A stretch of DNA of 64,000 nucleotides, taken from positions 111,223 through 175,222 of IMG/VR virus record IMGVR_UViG_3300000976_000008; one strand, written 5' to 3'. Below are positions 55,743 through 64,000 of this stretch, piece after piece. The notes below the pieces were generated by a model. It saw only the letters and a list, made by a program, of their open reading frames with translations. It did not search any database and had not been told where the DNA came from. The first letter of the stretch is position 1; each line of letters opens with the position of its first letter. A program made the position numbers and the translations under genes. This DNA comes from a virus. Its lineage: Duplodnaviria > Heunggongvirae > Uroviricota > Caudoviricetes.

Positions 55743-56244
55743 CACAGACGAACATCTTGAAAACCTCATTAGGCATATCGAACTTGTAAGAAATGCCTGC
55801 ACTCTCCTTGGTCGAAGATTGATCAAAAAAGGAAGAGTGGATATAGGTCGCCTGCTCATAGCACGTGGACACGTCCACGATGCTACCAAATTCCAAGGAA
55901 TCGAATGGGATTATCTTCATTCAGGACCAGACACACCAAAGGAAGAACTAAAACTCGCAATTAAACAGCACGTCAGAACTAATTCTCACCACCCAGAATT
56001 TCATGGTGGGTTGGAGAAAATGCCAGAGCTAGACGTAGCTGAAATGGTTTGTGACTGGTATGCACGTGCTCAAGAATTCGGAACAAGTCTGAGAGACTGG
56101 ATCTCTAAAGACGCAATTCAACGTTATCGAATCGAAGTAGACGGCACACACCACGAAATGATCAACAAATATGTTGACATGCTGCTTCAAGACCCATTCA
56201 ACAAGTCAGTCGAAGCGAAAGAAGTACAAGAATCGGTTATATAG
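55672..56244 (+). CDS. HD-like phosphohydrolase (DUF5662-like); likely start 55738
   Basis: RHI..VHDATK..H..NSHHPE..EMVCDW. Confidence 0.7.
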   Translation: MTETNSMKDATYLPLKLGLNSMYDTDEHLENLIRHIELVRNACTLLGRRLIKKGRVDIGRLLIARGHVHDATKFQGIEWDYLHSGPDTPKEELKLAIKQHVRTNSHHPEFHGGLEKMPELDVAEMVCDWYARAQEFGTSLRDWISKDAIQRYRIEVDGTHHEMINKYVDMLLQDPFNKSVEAKEVQESVI

Positions 56245-56479
56245 TCCTCAAACTAGTTGACTTCTTAGAGATTAACCAATACGAGTTAATCATAGTACCT
56301 GGTGAATATACCAACAAATCTTGGTTCTTAAGAGACGAACTGGACCAAGCAGAGGATATACTCGCATATGAAGTGAAATCTGACGTATTTAAAAGCGAGC
56401 ATCGAGTTGTAATTACAAGACAAGACAAAACACAACTCGAATTATACCTCATAGGTACAGAAATCAGGGACAAAATCTG

Positions 56480-57055
56480 ATGCTGCGACTCAAACGACTA
56501 AGTAAGAACGATCTTGATCTCCCAAAATACGAGACAGATCAATCATCCGGCATCGACTTCGCAGCATGTCTAACAAGAACCTGCAAACTTGTAAACCACA
56601 GGCTGAAAGAAAAGACGAAATTCCTAACGGTCAATAATACTGCCGGTAGGACGAGACACTCATTCGTCGAAGATGAAGCACCAGAAATTCCTCAAACCAG
56701 CAATAATGGTGAGGAAATCATACTTGATATCAGGTGTGGAGAAACTATCATGGTCCCACTAGGGTGGGCCTGTGGATTTGAAGAGAATTTCGTCATGCAA
56801 CTGCATGTCAGATCATCTATCGGTTTGAATGGTCTTACTCTTGCTAACTCTACTGGGATTATCGATTCTGACTATCGCGGTGAACTCTTCGCTTGCCTCT
56901 ATAACAGAACAAGTGCACCGATTCAGATTACGCACGGGCAAAGAATCGTCCAAGCCATCATGTTGAAATGCGATCAGATGGATATCCGAGAAGAAGCAGA
57001 ATTGATGGAAACTGCTCGCGGCGAAGGCGGATTCGGTTCAACTGGAACGGCGTAA
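56480..57055 (+). CDS. dut: Trimeric dUTPase with an insertion between motifs 1 and 2
   Basis: SGIDF, RSSIG, GIIDSDYRGE, RIVQ, RGEGGFGSTG. Confidence 0.93.
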   Translation: MLRLKRLSKNDLDLPKYETDQSSGIDFAACLTRTCKLVNHRLKEKTKFLTVNNTAGRTRHSFVEDEAPEIPQTSNNGEEIILDIRCGETIMVPLGWACGFEENFVMQLHVRSSIGLNGLTLANSTGIIDSDYRGELFACLYNRTSAPIQITHGQRIVQAIMLKCDQMDIREEAELMETARGEGGFGSTGTA

Positions 57056-57367
57056 AAATCTCACCACTTCTAATGAGAATGCGTCTGTCACTTCGCCAGC
57101 TTCATAAGCTTCACCAATATTTCTGATTTTAAGAACCCAATCTTCCAAATCAGAATTAGGCTTGGCAAAATCAAAGAAGTGATTCTTCTGACCACCAATT
57201 ATGGTGACGATGCCGCCCGATCCGGGATCGGCAATATAGAACAGTTTTCTCCACTTTTGACGTTCTGAGTCATAGAAAGTGGATGGGATTACGCAATCCA
57301 CAATCTCGCCATATGGTACATCGTATTCATCGAGAATCATCAGCAGAAGATTTAGTTCAACATTCAC
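57038..57367 (-). CDS. Hypothetical protein, [DE]P-helix family
   Basis: FFDFAKPNSDLEDWV. Confidence 0.6.
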   Translation of the reverse strand: MNVELNLLLMILDEYDVPYGEIVDCVIPSTFYDSERQKWRKLFYIADPGSGGIVTIIGGQKNHFFDFAKPNSDLEDWVLKIRNIGEAYEAGEVTDAFSLEVVRFLRRSS

Positions 57368-57797
57368 TTAAATCTTCTCCGAGAATCTCTGCAAGCTTGT
57401 CAAGTATCGGTTTTATAGAAGAACCTGGTTCAGAAAGATCGAACTCAGCCAAGAGTTCTCTGGGGAAAACACCAGGGCCTGTAGATGATGTATTCCAAGA
57501 TTTAGAATATCGCACAATCTTAAAAGATTGGTCGAAAACAACTTGACATCGATTCAATCCTCTGGTTATTTCAATGCATGGATCGCCATCGATCAATATC
57601 CTATCGACTTTCGCCTTAGGAAATTTCTTGCTGATCCCATCAGAGAGAGAAAAGACTAGTGAATGCGTTAATCCCATAATTGGACCGTACGGAATTCGAA
57701 CCCGTGACTCCTCACCCCACCCAGGATCGATGCCAGCCCACGCAGGAAAATTAACCTCATGTGGCTGGCGATCCCGGTAGTTGCTGCGGCACAGCAA
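57357..57797 (-). CDS. Hypothetical protein, [DE]P-helix family
   Basis: EFDLSEPGSSIKPILDKL. Confidence 0.55.
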   Translation of the reverse strand: MLCRSNYRDRQPHEVNFPAWAGIDPGWGEESRVRIPYGPIMGLTHSLVFSLSDGISKKFPKAKVDRILIDGDPCIEITRGLNRCQVVFDQSFKIVRYSKSWNTSSTGPGVFPRELLAEFDLSEPGSSIKPILDKLAEILGEDLSEC

Positions 57798-57820
57798 TAC
57801 CTCTCACTGCTAACGGCCCA

Positions 57821-58243
57821 TCAATTACCGAGGCCACCTTTCAATCCTGGGTCAGGGACCTTGGATGGATTGATTGCAGGAATCTCGCGATCCCCACCAC
57901 TGATATGGCGGTAAACACCATCAAGAATTTCCTTCGTGTTGATGAAATTCAAGGGAACTCCATCCTTTGAAAGGATTTGACCATTTTCGAGGTCAAGGAT
58001 GACCTTGAGATCCATTCGACCAGCACCTTTTCCACGACTTACCCAAGTTGGTGTCGTGAAATTGCGGCACATGATCTTCGCTTTGATGATCACGTCACTG
58101 TTCGGATCGTTGATCGGCAGGCCATTTCGAGAAATGATGTCTGCAACGCATGTCTCGATATGAGCACTAACGCAGCGTACCGGCTCCAAGCGAACCTGAG
58201 TACCCTTTTCAATTCTTTCGCGGTCTTGGTGTGTCAGCGGCAT
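57821..58243 (-). CDS. Hypothetical protein
   Basis: Start reassigned to MPLTHQD, preceded by a GAGGAG RBS. Confidence 0.65.
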   Translation of the reverse strand: MPLTHQDRERIEKGTQVRLEPVRCVSAHIETCVADIISRNGLPINDPNSDVIIKAKIMCRNFTTPTWVSRGKGAGRMDLKVILDLENGQILSKDGVPLNFINTKEILDGVYRHISGGDREIPAINPSKVPDPGLKGGLGN

Positions 58244-58326
58244 TGGATCACTCCTCAATTGGGGATTGTTACAATAATATTTTGCAACAATTCTCATTGT
58301 GTTAATAGAACACGGAGTACCAAAAC

Positions 58327-58836
58327 ATGAGAAAATCAAGAGAAGAATCAAAGAAACAGAAGCAATTCACATTCATGGTGGCTAAGTGTATAGTAGAATT
58401 GCTTGACGCATCAGAGCTTGATAACAAGTATTGGAGCTATACCCTCGTCAAAGAACCAGTGAATGAAGCATTCTACGAAGTATCAATCGACACAAGAGAA
58501 TCTTCCAGTACACCATGGTATTGTGACGAAGCAACTAAAGAATCAATGCTTGGCACAAGAATGCCAAAAAACAAATACCATACGCTCCATGATTATTTTT
58601 CATCCTACTATCTCTCCTGGCAATCTCCAACAGAACTCACCATCGAAAGAATCCAATCAGATAAGATGAGTTTTAATGTAGGATGGAATGAAGTGTCATT
58701 CGAATATTTTGCATTTAGTCTAGAAGAAACAGACTGCTTCGAAAAAATCGCAAGGCAAATTGAGAAATGGGAAAACGACCCCAAAACTTCATCTGGATCT
58801 TCGCAAAAATTCAGGAGAGTGCACGCAAATGGATAA
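58327..58836 (+). CDS. Hypothetical protein, possible [DE]P-helix family member
   Basis: FAFSLEETDCFEKIARQI. Confidence 0.6.
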   Translation: MRKSREESKKQKQFTFMVAKCIVELLDASELDNKYWSYTLVKEPVNEAFYEVSIDTRESSSTPWYCDEATKESMLGTRMPKNKYHTLHDYFSSYYLSWQSPTELTIERIQSDKMSFNVGWNEVSFEYFAFSLEETDCFEKIARQIEKWENDPKTSSGSSQKFRRVHANG

Positions 58837-59132
58837 GAAGATTCAGGCTTATGGGGGAGATGCACCACGGTCGAGACCCATTTAGATATGAAATGATTCG
58901 TGAAAGATCTACAAAGCATGGTGAAGATCTGACTAAAGATGAAGCTTGTTGTATCACATATTCAGCAAGATGTCCCGATTGCAACGGTTTCCTTCTTAGA
59001 GGACCATCGGGCGGAGCCAGCGTCAACATGCTATGTGGGATTTGCCCATCTAGGTTCAATATGGCTGATGGTTATCCTATGGGCGAACGCATAACAACAC
59101 CATATATTCGAATAATGTCTAATGCTGAATAG
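58767..59132 (+). CDS. Zn-ribbon hypothetical protein (likely start near 58850)
   Basis: CPDC..LRGPSGGASVNMLCGIC..RFN. Confidence 0.6.
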   Translation: MGKRPQNFIWIFAKIQESARKWIRRFRLMGEMHHGRDPFRYEMIRERSTKHGEDLTKDEACCITYSARCPDCNGFLLRGPSGGASVNMLCGICPSRFNMADGYPMGERITTPYIRIMSNAE

Positions 59133-59508
59133 AAAAATTCACGCTGTCGTACGCCTACTAAAAATAGAACCGCATGATGGTGTACTGTATAAAAGCGGCA
59201 AAAGATGGATGGATAAAGCAGGAAATGTTCGCCAAGCAAAGAGAAAAGTCAAAACAGCAGAATTTATCAATCTAGAAGCTCATTTAGACGGCAAGAATCT
59301 CCATAATGCTGGATTGCAAATAAGTGACCCGATATCAGATACTGCAATCATATGCAAGGAAAATCGTAAATGGTTCTTACTTCATGATGAAACAGAATAC
59401 AAGATTATTTGCTGGATAGACCTACCTGGCCACAGCGGAAAATCGCCTATAACCAGAAGGAAAGAAGGCAATTTAGTGTATTTTCTTAGTGAGAATACCG
59501 ATGAATGA
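59122..59508 (+). CDS. Hypothetical protein
   Basis: 128-aa ORF in a coupled run. Confidence 0.6.
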   Translation: MLNRKIHAVVRLLKIEPHDGVLYKSGKRWMDKAGNVRQAKRKVKTAEFINLEAHLDGKNLHNAGLQISDPISDTAIICKENRKWFLLHDETEYKIICWIDLPGHSGKSPITRRKEGNLVYFLSENTDE

Positions 59509-59854
59509 TGAAGAATTTCTCCAAGAACTCTATGACGAACTAGAAAGTCTGAACTTTTCAGTTAGACCATCCAAAATTCGTACACTTGAAGGATATGACG
59601 AAGGTGTTGAAATTCAAGTTGAAGACACAATGGGGAAATATTATACCATACGAAAAGGTGGGGCCAAATTAAGAGTTTCGAGTTGCCATAGAAAAATGTC
59701 TGGGATTCGAGTGACGGAAGATGGTATAACTTACGATCTTCAAGAACCAGAATCAATAGAAAGAGCAATCTACCACTTACATCAGAAATGTGAAATAGGT
59801 AGAGAAGTAAGAGAAACACTCCATGAACACAAATTCAAGCCGAGTGATAGCTAG
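59489..59854 (+). CDS. Hypothetical protein, [DE]P-helix family
   Basis: EEFLQELYDELESLNF..TYDLQEPESIERAI. Confidence 0.6.
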   Translation: MRIPMNDEEFLQELYDELESLNFSVRPSKIRTLEGYDEGVEIQVEDTMGKYYTIRKGGAKLRVSSCHRKMSGIRVTEDGITYDLQEPESIERAIYHLHQKCEIGREVRETLHEHKFKPSDS

Positions 59855-60323
59855 AGCATCCCTACTAGGAATCTACAAACTAGTAAGATGTGAAAGTAGC
59901 GTTGTAACGATGCTTGGGAGCAAACCAGTCCCAAATCCGGCAACCCATGAGATGCACCTATGGTCTAATGTATATTGGCAATGTGTATTATCAGCGAACA
60001 GCAAACACGAAGATGGAAATTCTCTTAGAAGTGAACATAAACTTCCTCTAGAAGATCCAAATCTCAAATTCGCTCCCACACTAACCTTAAGTAAGAAATT
60101 CAAAGACCGATATCCTCAAAGCCAATTAGTAGTATACAATGACAAACTCTTCCACGTCGTAACTTGGACTGACGTACTTGGGAAAGGTCATGGTAGACAA
60201 TCCGGATTTACTAGGCAAAGGGCAAAAAGGTTAGTAGTGTACTTATATGAAAGAAGCCATGAAGACTATCTAGAAATCATGGAAACTATCAAACTTCAAC
60301 ATATTACACTGCTAGGACTATAA
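59823..60323 (+). CDS. Hypothetical protein
   Basis: 166-aa ORF. Confidence 0.55.
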   Translation: MNTNSSRVIARASLLGIYKLVRCESSVVTMLGSKPVPNPATHEMHLWSNVYWQCVLSANSKHEDGNSLRSEHKLPLEDPNLKFAPTLTLSKKFKDRYPQSQLVVYNDKLFHVVTWTDVLGKGHGRQSGFTRQRAKRLVVYLYERSHEDYLEIMETIKLQHITLLGL

Positions 60324-60529
60324 TGGAACGCGACGGTCAGCAAATAATTGCATATTTAGGTGAAGATCGACAAATCTATATGCATAACCCTGGTAAATTC
60401 TTATGCGAATTCCCAGCAAGGGTAATAAGAATGGGTGGAAAACAAGTGATCCATGTGACTGATGTTCCTGACAAATTTGATGGCGGAATGGTCAAAGCTC
60501 CCGCAGGATACGAACTAAGCGGATTCTAG
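60323..60529 (+). CDS. Hypothetical protein
   Basis: TAATG-coupled. Confidence 0.6.
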   Translation: MERDGQQIIAYLGEDRQIYMHNPGKFLCEFPARVIRMGGKQVIHVTDVPDKFDGGMVKAPAGYELSGF

Positions 60530-60674
60530 AAGGTATCTCCTTTGCCTTCCCTTTGGCTCTATTAGCCAAATCCAGCACTGAGTATGTTTTTGTTAGAGTG
60601 AACACCTGAGCCAAGAAAAAGCCTACAACAAAACCTAAGAAAACACGACAGTTTTTTCTCAGGGGATATAGGAA

Positions 60675-61010
60675 ATGACACTCAGGAGTGCCAGAAGAAC
60701 CACAGCAGCAGTAATCTTTTTTGCCGCACTAGTCACACTCGCATGGGACGTTTACGTCTACATTGACACAGGAATCCATTCAACGATCAGTCAAGTATTA
60801 ACAGATTGGATCGGATCAAAGAGTGCAGTGCCCGCAATAGGAATAGGATTCCTATGTGGAATTATGTTCTGCCACCTATGTGGATGGATAATGATTCCTA
60901 CCGGCACGCTGAAAAGGCTAGCGGCGGAAGAGGAAGAAAATGAACGCAAAAGAGTTGCTAAAAAAGCTGCGGATAAATCATCTAAAGAAGCAGGCGGCAG
61001 AAAAGCTTAG
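60675..61010 (+). CDS. Two-TM membrane protein with charged tail (holin-like layout)
   Basis: AAVIFFAALVTLAW and AIGIGFLCGIMFCHLCGWI; basic/acidic C-terminus. Confidence 0.55.
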   Translation: MTLRSARRTTAAVIFFAALVTLAWDVYVYIDTGIHSTISQVLTDWIGSKSAVPAIGIGFLCGIMFCHLCGWIMIPTGTLKRLAAEEEENERKRVAKKAADKSSKEAGGRKA

Positions 61011-61554
61011 TGCTAGATACAATGTTCCTCTACGTGGTCCTGTGGGCACACAAGGATTTAAAGGTGCCAAAGGCCCACCGGGCAACGTAAAAGGAAAACC
61101 AACCACCAAAGAAGTCCAAGATCTCGCCGCAAAATACAAAATGGAGGACATGCAGCTTAAGAGGTCAGTAAATGCAACCAGAACCCTTGACGACATCTAT
61201 ACTGGTTCCAATGCCTCAATAGTCAATTATATAACCATCAGAACAGATGACTACTACAAAAGAAAAGCAATAAATGAACTGACCGCAGATACAGTTCTAG
61301 CCATCGGAGAAGAAGTCAAAAGCAGAAATAAAGAAATCCTGCTATTCCCATACAATATAGCAGAATATCCTTATCAATTCCTGGTGGGTACTCACAGAAT
61401 CGCCGCATTTAACTTAGATGACACTCTTATAACAGCACTTCTATACGTTACTCCAGCAGGACGATCAATAAAAGACGCATTTGATATCTGTCAAGAAGAG
61501 AGCATGGAAGAATTCATCGACAATGTGTGCGTAATAGCAGGTGCAAGATGTTAG
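60940..61554 (+). CDS. Hypothetical protein with a short collagen-like stretch
   Basis: GPVGTQGFKGAKGPPG. Confidence 0.6.
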   Translation: MNAKELLKKLRINHLKKQAAEKLSARYNVPLRGPVGTQGFKGAKGPPGNVKGKPTTKEVQDLAAKYKMEDMQLKRSVNATRTLDDIYTGSNASIVNYITIRTDDYYKRKAINELTADTVLAIGEEVKSRNKEILLFPYNIAEYPYQFLVGTHRIAAFNLDDTLITALLYVTPAGRSIKDAFDICQEESMEEFIDNVCVIAGARC

Positions 61555-61700
61555 CGTGCATCTGCGGATTCACAATCGAGATACTTGGGGCAATTGGGCT
61601 ATTTGGACTAGCTGGAATCAGCTCATTCTGCACCCACATCTATAACAGATACAACCAAAAACGCTGTTGCGTCAAAGAAGGTTGTAAGGATTCTGCATAA
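61548..61700 (+). CDS. 50-aa membrane peptide with Cys-rich tail (MLACICGFTIEILGAIGLFGLAGISSFC...)
   Basis: Below the track cutoff; overlaps the upstream stop; one TM helix. Confidence 0.45.
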   Translation: MLACICGFTIEILGAIGLFGLAGISSFCTHIYNRYNQKRCCVKEGCKDSA

Positions 61701-62058
61701 AGCCTAGCAGATTATCAAAGAAATCTGGGTCCGAAATTTCTAAAGCGAACCCTTGCCCGCTATTGGCCATCGTCCCATTGGTCATATCTTCCAATTTAGC
61801 GAATCGAGCATAAAGCTGATCCTTTTGGTCGAAGTACATTTCAACAGTAGCGACACAACTATGAGTATAGACAAAAACTTGTAGTATAGTTGTGAGATTG
61901 AGTGCATTGCCAATCTTCTTGGTCTTATACTTCTTTTCTTCCAAGAATTCTTTAATAACGCTTAGCGTACGCTCATTTGGTGAATCTTCGGCAACAAAGC
62001 CTTCAATCATCGCCATTGAAAGGTATCCAGTGAGAAAATTGTTCGTAAAAGTCCTCAA
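61672..62058 (-). CDS. [DE]P-helix family protein
   Basis: ALEISDPDFFDNLL. Confidence 0.65.
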   Translation of the reverse strand: MRTFTNNFLTGYLSMAMIEGFVAEDSPNERTLSVIKEFLEEKKYKTKKIGNALNLTTILQVFVYTHSCVATVEMYFDQKDQLYARFAKLEDMTNGTMANSGQGFALEISDPDFFDNLLGFMQNPYNLL

Positions 62059-62347
62059 AACAATTGGGATTCGCTAATTCAATGACACGCTTGTTCTTTT
62101 CGTAGTCATACATTTTCAAGATCATATTGTGATGCGTCGGAATCCCATTCGCCCCAGAGACTATCCTCGTCTTACCAAAACACAGTTCTCCATCTTTAAA
62201 CTGCATGTGCCAAATCATGAAATTGCCAGAGACGGTCTCAGTATAGATCTTCAAGCATCCTTCATGTTCACAAACATGCAAATCTTTGCTAAGCAAGAAA
62301 TAGTAGAAATTATCTAAGATACTATCTTGTAGGGTATCAATATCCAA
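62003..62347 (-). CDS. [DE]P-helix family protein
   Basis: VIELANPNCFEDFY. Confidence 0.65.
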   Translation of the reverse strand: MDIDTLQDSILDNFYYFLLSKDLHVCEHEGCLKIYTETVSGNFMIWHMQFKDGELCFGKTRIVSGANGIPTHHNMILKMYDYEKNKRVIELANPNCFEDFYEQFSHWIPFNGDD

Positions 62348-62630
62348 TGATTTTGGCCAATTTTTCGAAGAATTTTGGATCTGCTATGTCGAGAGTTTGT
62401 TTGCGAGGCACCTCAAAATCATTTTTCATCACTTTACGAACCGTGACAATTGTCCCTTCTAAATTGAGATAACATTCAGTGACCCACTCAGTCATCCGAC
62501 AATTTGGCATACTGACCTCGACGTATTCGCCGACGCATTCGCCATCATCCCCATAGGTTATGTGTTCAAAACGTGGAAAGCCGTTCGTTTCAACATTGAG
62601 AAGATCAGCTAATCTCTTTAGCAAAATCAT
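62337..62630 (-). CDS. [DE]P-helix family protein
   Basis: TLDIADPKFFEKLA. Confidence 0.65.
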   Translation of the reverse strand: MILLKRLADLLNVETNGFPRFEHITYGDDGECVGEYVEVSMPNCRMTEWVTECYLNLEGTIVTVRKVMKNDFEVPRKQTLDIADPKFFEKLAKIIGY

Positions 62631-62991
62631 CCCCCATCATCTCATCAATCCAAGCCCTTATGAGATCTAACGATTCAGGGTCTTGCATATTGAAATATCG
62701 ATGAAACATCGTCGTTTCTCTAGAGAAATCAACAAGATTCAAAACTGTTGAAACACCAGCGAATGATCCGTATATTCGAATATGGACAGGTTCAGGCAAT
62801 TTTGGGTGTGTAGCAATCACCATAGGAGTGGCACCTGGTAAACCACTATTTGGATCATTCTTGTTTGTATAGGAAACCTTAAAGTCGTCATCCAGGAACA
62901 TCTGGATGCCCCGTAGGATTTCCTCTTCTTCTCTGCCCACTGTTATTTGTGCTCTGATTGTAAATTGTCTTGTTTTTCTGTTTGCAATCAC
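62605..62991 (-). CDS. [DE]P-helix family protein (start uncertain)
   Basis: EILRGIQMFL..YFNMQDPESLDLIR. Confidence 0.6.
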   Translation of the reverse strand: MIANRKTRQFTIRAQITVGREEEEILRGIQMFLDDDFKVSYTNKNDPNSGLPGATPMVIATHPKLPEPVHIRIYGSFAGVSTVLNLVDFSRETTMFHRYFNMQDPESLDLIRAWIDEMMGDDFAKEIS

Positions 62992-63073
62992 TGCAGATTC
63001 TGTGCCCTCGATTTTCAGATCTGAATAATTTCTGACATTTAAGGCATTTCCTTTGTTCTCTACCTCTCGTCAT
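62888..63073 (-). CDS. Small Zn-finger protein
   Basis: RKCLKCQKLFRSENRGHRICSDCK. Confidence 0.55.
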   Translation of the reverse strand: MTRGREQRKCLKCQKLFRSENRGHRICSDCKQKNKTIYNQSTNNSGQRRRGNPTGHPDVPG

Positions 63074-63479
63074 CTTCTGCCTCAGTTTCTATCCATTCGT
63101 CACGCCATACTGTCCCATTGATGAGAAACTCCTTTAACTCATCTAAAAATTTGGGATCTGATGGTTCAAAAAACATTTTTATGTCTGATTGAGATCTTGA
63201 GAATTTATTGCTTGCCAATGTAGTATTCCAACGACAAAGAATCTTATTATCTTCCCAAGAAACAGTAGCAGGATCGTTTCGTACTTTCATCTGCCCATGG
63301 GAGACATATATGTATGGCGGGTTTGAGAGATCTTTGTCGTTTAGAACGGCGAAGAAAAATTGTGAAAGATATTCACAAATGCCTCTTAGTATCGTTTCAT
63401 TCTCCGCCATCTTCTTCTCCGTAAGATAAGATGTAGGTGAGCAAAACATCCAAACTGTTTGGTTCTGCGATGTCAACAA
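63060..63479 (-). CDS. [DE]P-helix family protein (likely start MAENE)
   Basis: TILRGICEYL..FFEPSDPKFLDELK. Confidence 0.65.
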   Translation of the reverse strand: MLTSQNQTVWMFCSPTSYLTEKKMAENETILRGICEYLSQFFFAVLNDKDLSNPPYIYVSHGQMKVRNDPATVSWEDNKILCRWNTTLASNKFSRSQSDIKMFFEPSDPKFLDELKEFLINGTVWRDEWIETEAEDDER

Positions 63480-63687
63480 TCGACACCGCTAAGACAACAC
63501 ACAGATCTACAATGGTCCAAACCATGAGATTGCGTTTACCATCTGGTGTATATTCAACATAAAGCTGGGGCTTAAGATTTTTCTTATTCACCATTATTTT
63601 ATCAGCAAGGCCACCAGAAATATAGTGAGCATCTAAACCATTGTCAACCAGCATCTGATGAACAGATTGCAACAAAGGATCAGACAC
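63397..63687 (-). CDS. [DE]P-helix family protein
   Basis: PLLQSVHQML..IVDIAEPNSLDVLL. Confidence 0.65.
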   Translation of the reverse strand: MSDPLLQSVHQMLVDNGLDAHYISGGLADKIMVNKKNLKPQLYVEYTPDGKRNLMVWTIVDLCVVLAVSIVDIAEPNSLDVLLTYILSYGEEDGGE

Positions 63688-63997
63688 GTGCCCTCCTAAT
63701 ATACGCTATCAGTTTTTCCTCTGAATCAGGATCAGCAGGACTGAAAACGAACCCACCATATTTCTTACCATGAGAATAATCTCTTAAGGTCCAACCAATT
63801 AAATCATTCTCATTCCCATGATAGCCTCTTTGAATATAAACACCGCCAACATCAAAAGGCCCCATGCTTTTATCCACTTGAATCTGATCTGGCGAATCGT
63901 TATTTCCACACACATACTTCACATCAAAGCCATACTCTAGAATCATCTCATAGAAAGCGTAGAGCACTTCGTCATTGTGCGGCAAGATGTCGGACAT
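63680..63997 (-). CDS. [DE]P-helix family protein
   Basis: EVLYAFYEMI..VFSPADPDSEEKLI. Confidence 0.65.
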   Translation of the reverse strand: MSDILPHNDEVLYAFYEMILEYGFDVKYVCGNNDSPDQIQVDKSMGPFDVGGVYIQRGYHGNENDLIGWTLRDYSHGKKYGGFVFSPADPDSEEKLIAYIRRARV

Positions 63998-64000
63998 GAG

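Noticed and set aside
1-64000. tRNA or rRNA genes
   Set aside because: No cloverleaf with a proper T-loop and acceptor stem seen by eye; GTTCGA hits near 2566 and 46872 are within coding sequence.
1-64000. Eukaryotic giant virus origin suggested by the glycosylation genes and GT27-like protein
   Set aside because: DnaE, sigma-like factors, CsrA, Shine-Dalgarno sites and ATGA/TAATG gene coupling point to a bacteriophage.

Overview
Gene-dense, AT-rich, standard-code (table 11) window that reads as a fragment of a large or jumbo bacteriophage genome. Evidence: gp46/gp47-like SbcC/SbcD, a DnaE fragment, sigma-like factors, Lar, dCMP deaminase, dUTPase, RNase H, CsrA, collagen- and vWA-type putative virion proteins and many short unknown ORFs. 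I recognised no ribosomal, rRNA, tRNA or CRISPR features. The host cannot be fixed from sequence. Highlights: (1) an adenylosuccinate-synthetase homologue with the diagnostic PurZ substitutions (2-aminoadenine/Z-genome pathway). It lacks adjacent datZ/mazZ/dpoZ but lies just downstream of an NDT-fold glycosidase and a DeoC-like barrel, suggesting an alternative way to remove dA. (2) A DnaE gene that stops just before its catalytic aspartates, near a catalytically degenerate RNase H. (3) Two glycosylation clusters, including a GT27/ppGalNAc-T-like protein next to a collagen/Pro-Thr-Ser-rich protein. (4) An actin-fold ATPase. (5) A family of about 11 short ORFs sharing a helix...[DE]P-helix architecture. 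(6) Three tandem membrane-anchored paralogues. (7) An 886-nt intergenic region with nested and mutually exclusive stems. All family assignments come from motif recognition by eye; no database searches were run.
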